A DNA stretch of 64,000 nt, from NCBI GenBank assembly GCA_965219455.1, contig OZ244744.1:4640001-4704000 (forward strand), written 5' to 3'. Under the pieces are notes generated by a model. The model was not told where the DNA came from and ran no database searches. It was given only the letters and a program-made list of their open reading frames with translations. The position numbers and the translations under genes are program-made. Position 1 is the stretch's first letter, and each line of letters begins with the position of its first letter. The DNA is from Candidatus Latescibacterota bacterium (GTDB lineage: Bacteria > Latescibacterota > UBA2968 > GCA-2709665). This document shows positions 43,287 through 54,124 of the stretch, one piece after another.

Positions 43287-44555
43287 CTAATCAGTGTCGT
43301 CCCTGGACTCTCGTTCGAGGTCGACGTTCTCTGCATAGGGGTGTCGGAACTCCTCGCCCTCGGTGTTGGGCTGGTAGTCGGGATAGCGCCGCATCAAATC
43401 CCATTCGTTGATGGCTGCGCGGACCTTGTAGCGCATCCGGTTCTGATACCCGGCGCCGCCGGCCCTTATTGGCACCGGCGGAGCATCCCAGCCGTAGGCG
43501 TCGGTGTAGAGTCTCCGTAGATTCTCCATGGTCGGTAGAACGTCCGCGTCGGTTGGTGGATTCAACGGCGAACATCCTCGTACGAGCAATTCCATACCGA
43601 TTTCGGCGTCTGACTTCGAAATCTTGAAACGTTCCGTACTATCCATCTTTGGCACCACGTAATCGCGGTCTTTTTTTCCATCCGTGATGATTGCGGAAGC
43701 AAAATCGTCGGTGACGGAGCCCACGGTTCTCAGCCCGGGATACGACCCGCTGGCCGCCTGTCCCAGCCAGCGAGCCAGCTCGGCGTAAGACCTTCCCCGT
43801 TGCAGGAGAGTGTACGAACCGACGAGTTCGATCTCGTCCAGCAGCACCACCCAGCCCCGGTAACCAGCAGCCTTGATCAGCTGGACGGCGAAACGGAGAC
43901 GCTGGGGCGGCAGGTCGGCGGCTCTGGGCGCTCGGAAAGAGTAACTCTGCTTTTGCCCTATCTGCCTGAGGCCATTCTTGACCCGGGAAATGTAGATTCT
44001 GTCGCCCGCCCAGAAGTTCTCGATCTCGCTGTTCAGTTCGAAATCGCGCGACCGTTCGTGAACAAGCAGACTGGCCGGGAACATCTGGCTCAGCCCATTA
44101 GCGCCGGTGTCGTTTGCCCACTTGAAGAAGCTGGCGTATTCTTGTGAATCGGGCTTCAACGCCTGTCCCAGTTCCTCCATCAACCGGCCGGTGCGGTCGG
44201 GCATCTGGGCGTTATCCACGGCCGACTTGAATACCTTGCCCAGGTCGTATAGCGGCGTCTCCTTGCTGATGGTCACCTTGCTACAGACGAATCCCTGGGA
44301 AAGGGCCCGATCTTCCAGGTGAGTAAGCAGGTGAGACTTGCCGGAGCCGAAATCCCCGGAGACCAGCATTCCCAAAGTGCCGGTCGAAAGGTCAACACCT
44401 TTCGTAGCTCCGGTCAACATACCTTCGAATTGACCTTCAGCCTCCGCCTGGTTGCAGCCCAATAGCTTCACAGCGTCCCTGTTGGGTACGCCGTTTCGGA
44501 GGGCCTCAAGGGCCCGCCTGGAGGCGAATTTGTGTCTATCGGCGCAAACTGCCAC
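43287..44555 (-). CDS. BrxD-like / DUF2791 P-loop ATPase
   Basis: ALEALRNGVP N-terminus; Walker A GDFGSGKS; Walker B VVLLDEIE. Confidence 0.85.
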   Translation of the reverse strand: MAVCADRHKFASRRALEALRNGVPNRDAVKLLGCNQAEAEGQFEGMLTGATKGVDLSTGTLGMLVSGDFGSGKSHLLTHLEDRALSQGFVCSKVTISKETPLYDLGKVFKSAVDNAQMPDRTGRLMEELGQALKPDSQEYASFFKWANDTGANGLSQMFPASLLVHERSRDFELNSEIENFWAGDRIYISRVKNGLRQIGQKQSYSFRAPRAADLPPQRLRFAVQLIKAAGYRGWVVLLDEIELVGSYTLLQRGRSYAELARWLGQAASGSYPGLRTVGSVTDDFASAIITDGKKDRDYVVPKMDSTERFKISKSDAEIGMELLVRGCSPLNPPTDADVLPTMENLRRLYTDAYGWDAPPVPIRAGGAGYQNRMRYKVRAAINEWDLMRRYPDYQPNTEGEEFRHPYAENVDLERESRDDTD

Positions 44556-44569
44556 TGCCTTCCACCTTC

Positions 44570-45538
44570 CTATGTCAGCCGCACCAGGGATGCGACCGGA
44601 TTTACCCGGTTCCTATCGCGAACATCGTCCATCACCCGGGTGCGCAGGGCCTCATATATCCCGTAGCCCCGGGACCTGCGATCGCCACTGTCGTCGAGGA
44701 AATCGCTGTTGGTTACGACCACCAGTACCGTGCTCGTCAACCGGTCAGCGCCGTCGACAAATTCCCGCAGTAACTCGTAGTGTTCCATCGCCATGGCTCT
44801 GGTGTAGTAGCGCAGACCGTCCCTCGGATTTCTAGCCACCGTTACGCGAGCGTTGTCAAACAATACTACAGTTCCGGAGTGCCCTACCTGATGAATCCAG
44901 TAGAGGGCCGATTCGATGAAGTATCGGGCCGTGTTGCGATTGATACTGGTGTAGATGGAAAAGGGACGGACGCCGCTGATTCGCGTGTTCTCGCCCGTCA
45001 GCCACTCCAGGAGCGGCTCGCCAGTGTATCCGCCACGGCTGTATTCTTCCGTGCAAAGATGGCTCATACACACCCGGAAATCTCTCGCCATTTTCGTGTT
45101 CCTGAAGACAGCGTTCTGAATCATCGGCCTCAGGTTTCCGATCACGAACTCCGATTCGAGACCGTTGACCGTCGCGATGGCGTCGAAGACGTTGCCGTCC
45201 ACGCCGGGGCGGATTCCACCAATCTGGTAGTCCTGCTCGGCGGCCAGCTTCAGGATCATACGACGAGCCAGCAGCCGCCAATCGACCTGGCTGGCGATCC
45301 TGAAGAAGAAGTCCTGCGGCATGTGCGCCCGCATCGTCTCTGCGTTCAGTTTAATGAAAAGATAGTCCAACTCATGGCAGCTTGCCTCCATTCTTGCGTA
45401 CAAACCAGCCCTGGAACCCTCGTTTGATGGCACTGCGAACTTGATCGACGCGCCGCCACCGCGGACAAACGACGAAAGGTACTCTTCGTTAATGACCTGA
45501 ATCCAGTCCTTGAGAGAGATGGAAATTGTGTTGTGCAT
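44570..45538 (-). CDS. Degenerate BrxD/DUF2791-like paralogue lacking Walker A
   Basis: GGASIKFAV with no GxxGxGK; VVLFDN; YELLREFVD; YEALRTRV. Confidence 0.7.
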   Translation of the reverse strand: MHNTISISLKDWIQVINEEYLSSFVRGGGASIKFAVPSNEGSRAGLYARMEASCHELDYLFIKLNAETMRAHMPQDFFFRIASQVDWRLLARRMILKLAAEQDYQIGGIRPGVDGNVFDAIATVNGLESEFVIGNLRPMIQNAVFRNTKMARDFRVCMSHLCTEEYSRGGYTGEPLLEWLTGENTRISGVRPFSIYTSINRNTARYFIESALYWIHQVGHSGTVVLFDNARVTVARNPRDGLRYYTRAMAMEHYELLREFVDGADRLTSTVLVVVTNSDFLDDSGDRRSRGYGIYEALRTRVMDDVRDRNRVNPVASLVRLT

Positions 45539-46338
45539 CAGTCATCCCTCGTAAATCGAATGCCGAAGTACTTGATGTCCTGGCCCTGTGGCCCCACAAA
45601 GGTGAATACGTTTCTGGCGCCCCGGGTGCCCGTGGATGCGTGGAAAAATACTCTGGCGCCTGACGTCGTCTTTGTAACTCCGCTTGTCTCCAACTGGTAA
45701 AGGTCACGGGCAAAGTCAATTTGAGCATAATCTCGTCCGGTACCCGGCAGAGAGGTGAACAACCTGTAGATTCTTGCCAAAAGTACCACGCGCCCGGAAC
45801 CGCCCTTCATGAGTCCATCCGAAGCATCTTCCTTCACAAGCTCCAGGTAAACCCTGTACAGGGCTTCCAAAAACCGTTTAGCCGAGAAGCGGCTGCGCTT
45901 CCTCTGATTCGCGATCAGCAGATCGACCAGGTAGGACGGCTTAATGGTCGAGATCTTCTTGTTGTCGATTCGGACCGCCTCATCCTCGGTTAAAATTCGC
46001 AAGGTGGACGGGTGTGAGATCAACTGCTTGTCCCGTTCATGGATTTCCAGGCCCCTTTCCGAGGCGGCACGACGCAGTTCGTCAATATAGCCACCCTTGA
46101 GGTATTCTTCCACTTCTTCATCTCCATAGGGCCAGGATTGGACAGCGTCTGACACCACCTGCGTCAGGTTCTCCAGGGCGTCGTTAAATCCGCCTCGGGA
46201 CTTCTTGATTGCAGCGATGTTACCCTCTTTGGCCGCCTTTTGCAGACGTCTGGTCAACTTCACCAGGTTGTTAGCGGATTGGAGGGCTGATTTCGCTGCA
46301 CTTTCGGAGTCGTCAAATGCTTGTCCGATACTGTCCAT
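45538..46338 (-). CDS. Hypothetical protein, first gene of the ATPase/SNF2 operon
   Basis: 266 aa; helical N-terminus; TGATG overlap with the next gene. Confidence 0.8.
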   Translation of the reverse strand: MDSIGQAFDDSESAAKSALQSANNLVKLTRRLQKAAKEGNIAAIKKSRGGFNDALENLTQVVSDAVQSWPYGDEEVEEYLKGGYIDELRRAASERGLEIHERDKQLISHPSTLRILTEDEAVRIDNKKISTIKPSYLVDLLIANQRKRSRFSAKRFLEALYRVYLELVKEDASDGLMKGGSGRVVLLARIYRLFTSLPGTGRDYAQIDFARDLYQLETSGVTKTTSGARVFFHASTGTRGARNVFTFVGPQGQDIKYFGIRFTRDD

Positions 46339-46473
46339 ATTTTGTTTCCCGCGTTCGAAAGATCTGTCGAATCAGCGACATGATCAATGGTAGACACAGC
46401 TATCACCGGAATTTCTTCCTGTTCCCTCTTCATGAAAATAGCCGAAATTGCCCTCTGGCGGCGTGGTTTATTC

Positions 46474-46502
46474 AGCATATAGTATTACGTGCGTGTTGTC
46501 AA
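46474..46502 (-). promoter_or_regulatory. Sigma70-like promoter for the inverted operon
   Basis: TTGACA-17 nt-TATGCT on the minus strand. Confidence 0.65.
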
Positions 46503-46590
46503 GCAAATCGTTCGCAATTTCAGAAAAGGCGCAGCCGTCGTGGCCGCGCCTTGATTTCCCTCCGATGATGTCTGTGGACCTCTTGCCGGT

Positions 46591-47865
46591 CTAGTCGATC
46601 TTTCCGTGTCTGCGAAGCACGGCGTCGATATCAGCGACACCGGTTCGCTTCCTGGTTCCCTCGAACTTCACTCCCGCCTTAAGCAGTGCGTCGATCACGG
46701 CCGGATAGTCGGCCACCGGGTTCGGCGCATTGATCGCGAAATGCAGGGCCGTGCCAATCGCGGTGCCACCAAACTCGTTCCGCAATTCGATCGAGGGGCC
46801 GCGATCGAGGATCAGAGTCAGGGTGTCGAGATGTCCCTGGGCCGCGGCCCACATCAGGCCTGTCATCCCCCACGTGCCCTGTCCGTTCACGTCGGCGCCT
46901 TTTGCCAGCAGGTATTCGGCGACGTCCGTTCGTCCGAATCGACAGGCATCTTCAAACGCGGCTGCCAGATCGGCCTGAGACACACCGCACTCTTCAACGA
47001 ATTCCTTCGTCAGGTCCAACCGGCCCAGCCCCGCGGCCATCGCGACGTTCTTCACCTCCGCCCCCAGACGCACCAGGGCGGCTGCCGAATCGGGATATCC
47101 GAATTTTAACGCCAGGCGTACCGGCGCACCGTCTCCATTCACGCCATCCACCCTGGAACCCGCCTCCACGAATACCTCGATCAGTTCGGTCGCCACACCC
47201 ATATAGTGTGGATGAACACTGGTCACCAGCGCCAACATGGGCGTGTCTCCCGATTCGCCCGGCCCGCACAGGGCGTCCACCTCGGCGCCGGCACTAAGCA
47301 GAAACCGCGCGATCTCCGGCGCATTGGCGGGCGACCGCTGCCGAAAGTCCTCAATGCCGTTCGCGGCGAGATAGTAAACCAGGGTCGCCCGGTGAATCCG
47401 CGCCGAACGGGCGCAGACCAGGGCCGGATTACGGCGCAGGAGCGTCTGGAGCTTCGGAAGGTCCCCGTCGACCACCGCATCGGCCGCAACCTCGAACTCG
47501 GCCCCTTCATCGGTCTCGCGCGAGTCCCGGTCGATGAAGGTAGCAAATTCGTCCCAATTCACGAAGCTGTGGGCCCGCGCAATGAGAAATTGCGCGCCGG
47601 CAAGCCCGAATTCCCGGCCGCCCTTTCTCGCCTTCTCCTTCATTTCACGGGCGCCTTTTTCGACTTCGCCGATGGCCCGTTCGTAGCTGCCCCGCACGAA
47701 GTCCGTCAGGTCGGGTCCGGATAGACGGACAATCTCGTCGAACCAATCGTTGCAGAACTCCTTTAGCGCGCTGGTATTTTGGGACTGCGCCGAGTTGACA
47801 AGATCCTCGGCGCGTTTCACATATTGTGCAAGGTCGGGACGGGCTGGCAGCGGAAAGGTATCCAT
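46591..47865 (-). CDS. Ankyrin-repeat protein with an LPARPDL..K.A.DL N-terminal domain
   Basis: TGLMWAAAQGH, LLAKGADVN, AQFLIARAHSF. Confidence 0.88.
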   Translation of the reverse strand: MDTFPLPARPDLAQYVKRAEDLVNSAQSQNTSALKEFCNDWFDEIVRLSGPDLTDFVRGSYERAIGEVEKGAREMKEKARKGGREFGLAGAQFLIARAHSFVNWDEFATFIDRDSRETDEGAEFEVAADAVVDGDLPKLQTLLRRNPALVCARSARIHRATLVYYLAANGIEDFRQRSPANAPEIARFLLSAGAEVDALCGPGESGDTPMLALVTSVHPHYMGVATELIEVFVEAGSRVDGVNGDGAPVRLALKFGYPDSAAALVRLGAEVKNVAMAAGLGRLDLTKEFVEECGVSQADLAAAFEDACRFGRTDVAEYLLAKGADVNGQGTWGMTGLMWAAAQGHLDTLTLILDRGPSIELRNEFGGTAIGTALHFAINAPNPVADYPAVIDALLKAGVKFEGTRKRTGVADIDAVLRRHGKID

Positions 47866-48342
47866 TGGTAGTTTCTCTCGTTAATTGGGGGTCCTTGTAC
47901 GAAGTCGGCGACTGTAATCTCTGTTCTATGGGCTATGCTTGCCGGTGGCAATTTAGCTCAATCGTTATTTGCCAAAACATCAAAACTGGCGATCGGCAGC
48001 TACGTGCCAGTATTCAGCCGACACCGGTTAGCGACACGGTCCGACGACTTCAATGGGAGATGAAAACACCAGGACGCGGCCGGAGGTTGTTTCTCCGCGT
48101 TATAAGGTCCAGCATCACCATCGTATTGCAATTCTTCCCTCGGGCGGCCGGTGGCGGTGAGGTGGGTTTGTTTGCGGCAGAATTCGCGCCGCTCACCATC
48201 AGCCTCGAACGCCAGAACCAGGCGTCCCTGGTTGTTCCGCATAAACCCTCGGAACAACAGGTAACCCGTTGCGCGGATGGTGGAATTCATCCGTTCCGCA
48301 GTCGAAATTCACGACCTTTCCCCAAATTCCCTGCCTTCGGCG

Positions 48343-48795
48343 AGTTCCTTTTGAAGCGACCAAAAGGAACCAAAAGTCGCCGCTAGGCGCGGGGCCGTAC
48401 CTATGCATGACGCGAACCTCGACTGTGGATGCACCGGACTTTCTGCCCTGTCACCCCTGGAGGGTACCGTAATCTGGAGTGGGACGGGACAGCGCGTCCT
48501 GCTCTGAGAGTCGTCCGGATGGGACTCGCCAACAAGCCCTATTGGCTCCCTGCCGACGAGTCGTATGTAAGTTATTCACGCGTTCCGGAGCGGCTTCGCC
48601 CCTCGATCGGCCGGTTGCGGAGATCGGGGTTTTTCCGTGTCATTCCGTACATCTCCGTAGGTCGGAAGTTCCTGGAACTCTCGTAGGGCGACCAATTTCC
48701 ATTTGTGCCCCTGAGGAGATTCACGGAAAAACCGGCTCCGCGCCGAGCGGCGCGGTTCTTTTTGGTCCTTTTTCTGCGAATAAGAAAAAGGACAA
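48343..48795. repeat. Inverted pair of T/A-run hairpin repeats (REPIN-like)
   Basis: GTTCCTTTTG..CAAAAGGAACCAAAA vs TTTTTGGTCCTTTTTCT..AGAAAAAGGAC. Confidence 0.55.
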
Positions 48796-49056
48796 GGGAA
48801 TAGGGGACGTCGGGGGGAGGTGGAACTTCAACCTAATGCTTAGCAGGCCCGGGCGCTGCGACGGAGCGAAACCGGTCCGGCATCAAGCTATACAATCCTG
48901 GTCCCTGTTTCAAGTTCTATACCACGTCCGCTTCAGGTATTCGAAACAATGTCCGCAGGACCCCATATTTTGCACATCTGCCCGTTGTAAGTCCGTTTCC
49001 GCAATTGGAATTACGAAGAATAGTGGTTTTGTAGCGATTTTGTTATATTGAAGTCT

Positions 49057-50334
49057 ATGAAAAGAGAAGACTACTATCGATGGGCTGAACGCGCCGCACA
49101 GTGGGGCGCCGGGTACCTGGCCACGCTAGAGGAGCGGCCGGTCCGGGCGCAGACCCGACCCGGCGAGATCGCCTCGATGCTGCCCCCGGCGCCGCCGGAA
49201 GCGCCGGACGACATGGAGACGATCTTTGCCGACTTCGAGCGCATCGTGCCGAACGGCATGACCCACTGGCAACACCCGCGCTTTTTCGCATACTTCCCTG
49301 CCAATGCGGCGCCGGCGTCGATGATTGCCGAGAATCTAACGGCAGTCATGGCGGCCCAGTGTATGCTCTGGCAGACCTCGCCGGCAGCCACTGAGATCGA
49401 GACGCGGATGGTCGACTGGATGCGCCAGGCGCTCGGGCTGCCGGAAGGGTTCCAGGGGGTGATCCAGGACACGGCAACGACGGCGAATCTCTGCGCGGTA
49501 CTGACAATGCGCGAGCGCGCACTGAACTGGAGAGGGATCGATTCTGGAATGGCGGGGGAGAAACCGCTCAGGATCTACGCCTCGCCGGAAACTCACTCGT
49601 CCATCGACAAGGCGGTACGGATCGCCGCGTCCGACCGGGTGGGCCCGGCCATCCAAGTCGCGCGAGCGTATGATCTCTACGTCCACGTCGACGCCGCGTG
49701 GGCCGGATCCGCGATGATCTGCCCTGAGCTACGGGAGTTATGGGACGGCGTCGAGGGGGCCGACAGTATCGTCTTCAATCCCCACAAGTGGCTCGGCGCT
49801 CAGTTCGACTGCTCGATCCAGTTTCTCGCGGACCCGGAACCGCAGGTCCGCACCCTGGGCATTCGGCCGGAATATCTCCAGACACTCGGCCAGTCCGAGA
49901 TTACCAACTATAGCGAGTGGACGATCCCCCTGGGGCGCAGGTTCCGGGCTCTCAAGCTCTGGTTCCTGCTCCGCGCCCATGGGCTGGAAGACCTCCGCCT
50001 GCGGATCCGGAACCATATCACGTGGGCCGAGGAGGCCGCGGCGGCGATCTCATCGCTGGACGGCTTTCGCCGGACGACGGACCCCCGACTGTCGCTCTTC
50101 ACGTTCCAATACGCGCCCGACGGCGAGGATGCCAACGCCGCCACCGAGCGCCTGCTGCGCACGGTCAACGACGACGGTCGAATATATCTCACGCATACGA
50201 TCCACGAGGAACAGTTCGTCATCCGCTTCCTGGTCGGACAGTTCGACTGTCGGAGGGAGGATGTGCTCCTGGCGGTCGACGTGCTGCGGGAGTTGGCCTC
50301 AGGCATCAACCCCCGTGCCCGATACGGACGTTGA
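49057..50334 (+). pseudogene. PLP-dependent aromatic L-amino acid decarboxylase with an in-frame internal deletion
   Basis: THWQHP, HVDAAWAG and FNPHKW intact, but HSSIDKAVRIA joins directly to ASDRV. Confidence 0.75.
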
Positions 50335-50350
50335 TATGGACCCATAGCGA

Positions 50351-51235
50351 GTGAGTCATTTCAGGATGATGACCATGGGCGAAGATCGTGAACATTTCAT
50401 AGAGCAAATAGAGGAGGAATTGGCTGAATATCCTGTTCCTCCTCCGCTCGACTTGCGAATATTGGAAAAACACTACCGGTCTGATGGCGATCATATTTAC
50501 GAAGAATGGAAGAAAGATTGCTGTGTTGAAACTGAAAAAACGATGCCTGAGTTGTCGGGAAGAAGAGTCCCGGCGTACCTTCTGATCCCCAAAGATGAGC
50601 TAATCTGTCCACCCTACCCGGCAATGGTTGCCTTTCATCAGTGCAACACCGACTGCATCATTGCAAAGGATGTCGTTGTAGGGAAGGCCGTCCAACGCCC
50701 CGATCAGGACTACGGCTATGAGCTTGTTATTCAAGGATTTGTTGTTCTCGCGCCCGATGCGGTAAATTGCGGCGAGCGTAGTATTCCTGCAATCAGACAT
50801 CCCTATGAGAACAAGCACTGCCATCAGATATTGAACGAACCATTGGGAAGGCCATTCTGGTTCAAACACGCGTATGATGGACTGCGTGCGGTCGATGTTC
50901 TATCAACCCTGGACTTCGTGGATTCGGAACGCATCGGCGTGATCGGTCACTCAATGGGTTCCGCGCAGGCTGCCAGTACGATGGCTCGGGATCCGCGCGT
51001 CAAAGTGGGGCTTGTAACCGGGCGTGTGACAAAGAAGAACCTTCTTCCAATCGCACCGCGCTATCTGATGACGGTGTTGCAATCTCTTGAGAAGACCCCC
51101 GAGACGATCGAGCAGATTCGTGGATATTTCGATGAGACCAGGAGCGAGTTCTACGTACCGGAAGGGTTGTCCGATCATCTGCTGCTTACCGTGCATGAGT
51201 GCGGGCACAGTTTCCCCGACGAATACAACGGATAG
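50351..51235 (+). CDS. Alpha/beta hydrolase (dienelactone hydrolase/esterase-like)
   Basis: GFVVLAPD; RIGVIGHSMG; GHSF. Confidence 0.8.
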   Translation: MSHFRMMTMGEDREHFIEQIEEELAEYPVPPPLDLRILEKHYRSDGDHIYEEWKKDCCVETEKTMPELSGRRVPAYLLIPKDELICPPYPAMVAFHQCNTDCIIAKDVVVGKAVQRPDQDYGYELVIQGFVVLAPDAVNCGERSIPAIRHPYENKHCHQILNEPLGRPFWFKHAYDGLRAVDVLSTLDFVDSERIGVIGHSMGSAQAASTMARDPRVKVGLVTGRVTKKNLLPIAPRYLMTVLQSLEKTPETIEQIRGYFDETRSEFYVPEGLSDHLLLTVHECGHSFPDEYNG

Positions 51236-51310
51236 CATATTCCCGTTTAAGGAGCTACTTCAGTTCGAATCCCGGCCGGTGCCACAAATAACGAAGCAGA
51301 TGGAGAAACG

Positions 51311-51787
51311 GTGAATAGAAACTGCAGGTTTTCCGGCGGATGTAATTGCGGAGAGGTCGGATACGTGCTTCGGAACTCGCCTCTGTTTGTTCATGCGTGT
51401 CACTGCTGCGACTGCCAAAAGGCTTCCGGTTCCGCCTTCCGGATTACGACTATCGTACTGGAAAACGATATCACGTTCGTTCAGGGAAATGTTGCCTCCA
51501 GGAAGAAATCCGAGCAACGAACGGAATTCGTCTGCAAGTCATGCGAGGGTCTCATTTACCTGACGGCCACAAATCACCCGGCAACGGCGCTCCTGAACTC
51601 GAAAACGCTGAATGAACTCAGGGTGCTCGAGATTGGCGCGCACATCTGGACGTTGGACAAGCACGCCTGGCTCGAGTTGCCTGCTGATGTTCCGCAGTTT
51701 GAAAAGGGATACGACAGGAACGAAGTGTGGCCTCAGGAAAGCCTTGAGCGCCTGCACCGCGCGGTCAGTGACGCCGGCTCGATCTGA
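51311..51787 (+). CDS. GFA (CENP-V/GFA) family protein
   Basis: GGCNCG, CHCCDCQK, CKSC, AHIW. Confidence 0.9.
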   Translation: MNRNCRFSGGCNCGEVGYVLRNSPLFVHACHCCDCQKASGSAFRITTIVLENDITFVQGNVASRKKSEQRTEFVCKSCEGLIYLTATNHPATALLNSKTLNELRVLEIGAHIWTLDKHAWLELPADVPQFEKGYDRNEVWPQESLERLHRAVSDAGSI

Positions 51788-51846
51788 CTGACGCATACGA
51801 TCCACGAGAGCCAGTTCTTCATCCGCAAAGGAGGAGAAAGACAGGC

Positions 51847-52254
51847 ATGGAACGCGCGTACCCCATCCTCCGGATTGACGATTACGAAGTTGCAAAGACC
51901 TACTATGTCGAGTTCCTGGGGTTCGAAATCGAATTTGAGTGGCGTCACGCCGCGAATCTCCCCGTCTATATGGGCGTTACGCGAGGCGGCCTGGCACTTC
52001 ACCTTTCGGAGCATCTCGGCGAACCGGCAGGCCGGCCCGGCGCAGCCCTGCTTCAAGTCGATAATGTCCTGGATATCTACGAAGAGCTTAAGGGCAAGAA
52101 GTGCGACATGACGGAAGCGCCCGTCGAACAGGCATGGGGCTTTACGGAGCTAAGACTGATGGATCCATTTGAGAATAAGCTGACGTTCACGAGCCCTACT
52201 ACCCAAAAGGCTAGACAATTGTCAGGCGCTACCAAATTGGTATTGCAATCTTAA
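51847..52254 (+). CDS. VOC/glyoxalase superfamily protein
   Basis: PILRI..FLGF..LHLSEH..DPFENKL. Confidence 0.88.
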   Translation: MERAYPILRIDDYEVAKTYYVEFLGFEIEFEWRHAANLPVYMGVTRGGLALHLSEHLGEPAGRPGAALLQVDNVLDIYEELKGKKCDMTEAPVEQAWGFTELRLMDPFENKLTFTSPTTQKARQLSGATKLVLQS

Positions 52255-52759
52255 CACGGTTGTCATTGATCGCCATTAATAGTTCATCTGCAAGAGGTGA
52301 TAATGTGTTTCGTACTGGGTGTGCAAATGGTATTCTTACGTCTCCTTTCCTAGTGAATTTCAGGTTGGTTTTGACAACGACTATGGAGCGAGATAGCTTT
52401 CGCCAGCCACATTGACGCGATATGGGCCGTGTCTGAGGCGGTCGAGGGTTCCTGCGCCGCAACGAGTTGGCGTTTGGGTGGCAAACTAACTAACTGGCAG
52501 CGTGGCTTGCGATGTAGAAGGGGTATTCAGCTGTGCCCAGACACGTCCAGGATCGGTAATTGGAGTTGAATTTGAGGGAGGTGGTCGAAAGTTGTCTTGT
52601 TGCTTGTGCATTTGGCAATGGCCACCCTCTTACGGCTCCAACAACAATTAACCGAGCAAGTTCTCTGATACAAATAGGGAGGTGTAACGGGAGAAAATGG
52701 GTAGCATTTCATTCGCCTTTCTCAATTATCCCCATCTCACCCTGAAAAGGAGGTAATAA

Positions 52760-54124
52760 ATGATGCATCGCTCCATAGCCAGAATAAGTGCTAGGCAGCT
52801 CTTCGGGGCATATGACTACGAACTTCATCCGTCGAAAGATGCAGATGAATCGAACAGGCTACTAATCCTCTACGGCGACAATGGGACCGGGAAGACGACG
52901 GTCCTAAAAGTGCTCTTTTACCTTATCTCATCGGAAAGCGGTCAGGGACATAAAACAACCTTGGTTGGTATTCCACTCTCCGAATTCAAGGTCCAATTTG
53001 ACAATGGAGACAGAGTCTGGATGCAACGTTCCGATGGGAAACTTACAGGAAGCTTCACGATGGGGATGAAGGTTCGGGGACATAAAGAACAGACGGCGGA
53101 TTTCAAGGTAGACGAGGACGGACACATCAAGGCAAACACTAAGACAAGCAGATTTCTGAACAAGCTGAGATCTCTTGAGTTGGCTACATACTTCCTGTCA
53201 GATAACCGGAATATGTGGTTTGCGGGTGTCAGAGACCTTGATTCTGATTACAATTTCAATGATTATACCGATGAGGAAAGATACTTGACAGCTGACCCTG
53301 CGACCCGTCGACGCTATAGGAGGCTAACAAGAGTCAGAGAAGAAGAGAGAACCTATCTGCTTTTGCAGGAATCCATTCGCCGATCGGAACAATGGCTGCA
53401 GTCTCAGGCAGTCAGAGGTGCATCAAAGGGCGAGTCGAGCGTAAACGTCTTGTATGGTGAAATTCTGAAACGGATCTCAAAATTCCCGATTACCTCAGAA
53501 GATACCGATGCGTCAAAGGTCGAAGCCATATATGAAAGAATCACAGAGCTAGAGACACGATCAGGAAATTTCGCCAAATACGGGCTCACCCCAGGCTTTC
53601 AGGGAAAGGAGATAGCCGAGATAATCAGGAATACACCGAAGAGCCATGTCGGTATTGTGACGACTGTCATTGAACCTTACATCGATAGCGTTGAGCGCAA
53701 GTTAGAAGCAATACAGGATCTTCAGAAGCGAATAGACACCCTTGTGGATCTCCTGAATTCGTTCTTTCGAGATAAGGAGATCAGCTATGACATCCACAGT
53801 GGTTTTGCCATTACGACTTCGGGTGGTGACCTGCTGAAGCCTCAGATGCTGTCCTCTGGCGAACGTCATCTAATGCTTCTGTTTTGCAACACTGTTCAGG
53901 CGTTGAACAAACCCAGCATATTTATTATCGACGAGCCAGAGATTTCGTTGAATGTAAAATGGCAGAGACGTCTTCTGTCGGCATTGCTCAAATGTGCCGA
54001 GGGTCAGCCAGTTCAGTATATTTTGGCGACTCACAGCCTCGAACTCCTTGCTCGGTACAGCAACAATACGGTGAAGCTCGACTCTAGTAACGGGGGACCT
54101 AGTGGAACAGAAAAGGACACTTAA
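52760..54124 (+). CDS. ABC/AAA_21 ATPase (PARIS AriA-like)
   Basis: GDNGTGKT, LSSGE, IIDEPE, ATHS. Confidence 0.85.
   Translation: MMHRSIARISARQLFGAYDYELHPSKDADESNRLLILYGDNGTGKTTVLKVLFYLISSESGQGHKTTLVGIPLSEFKVQFDNGDRVWMQRSDGKLTGSFTMGMKVRGHKEQTADFKVDEDGHIKANTKTSRFLNKLRSLELATYFLSDNRNMWFAGVRDLDSDYNFNDYTDEERYLTADPATRRRYRRLTRVREEERTYLLLQESIRRSEQWLQSQAVRGASKGESSVNVLYGEILKRISKFPITSEDTDASKVEAIYERITELETRSGNFAKYGLTPGFQGKEIAEIIRNTPKSHVGIVTTVIEPYIDSVERKLEAIQDLQKRIDTLVDLLNSFFRDKEISYDIHSGFAITTSGGDLLKPQMLSSGERHLMLLFCNTVQALNKPSIFIIDEPEISLNVKWQRRLLSALLKCAEGQPVQYILATHSLELLARYSNNTVKLDSSNGGPSGTEKDT

Noticed and set aside
41137-46338. Calling the operon BREX or Shango
   Set aside because: There is no PglX, PglZ, TerB-like or Lhr-type gene nearby; the helicase is SNF2-type.
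48000-49051. Short ORFs between the ankyrin and decarboxylase genes
   Set aside because: No motifs or convincing RBS; they largely overlap repeat-derived sequence.
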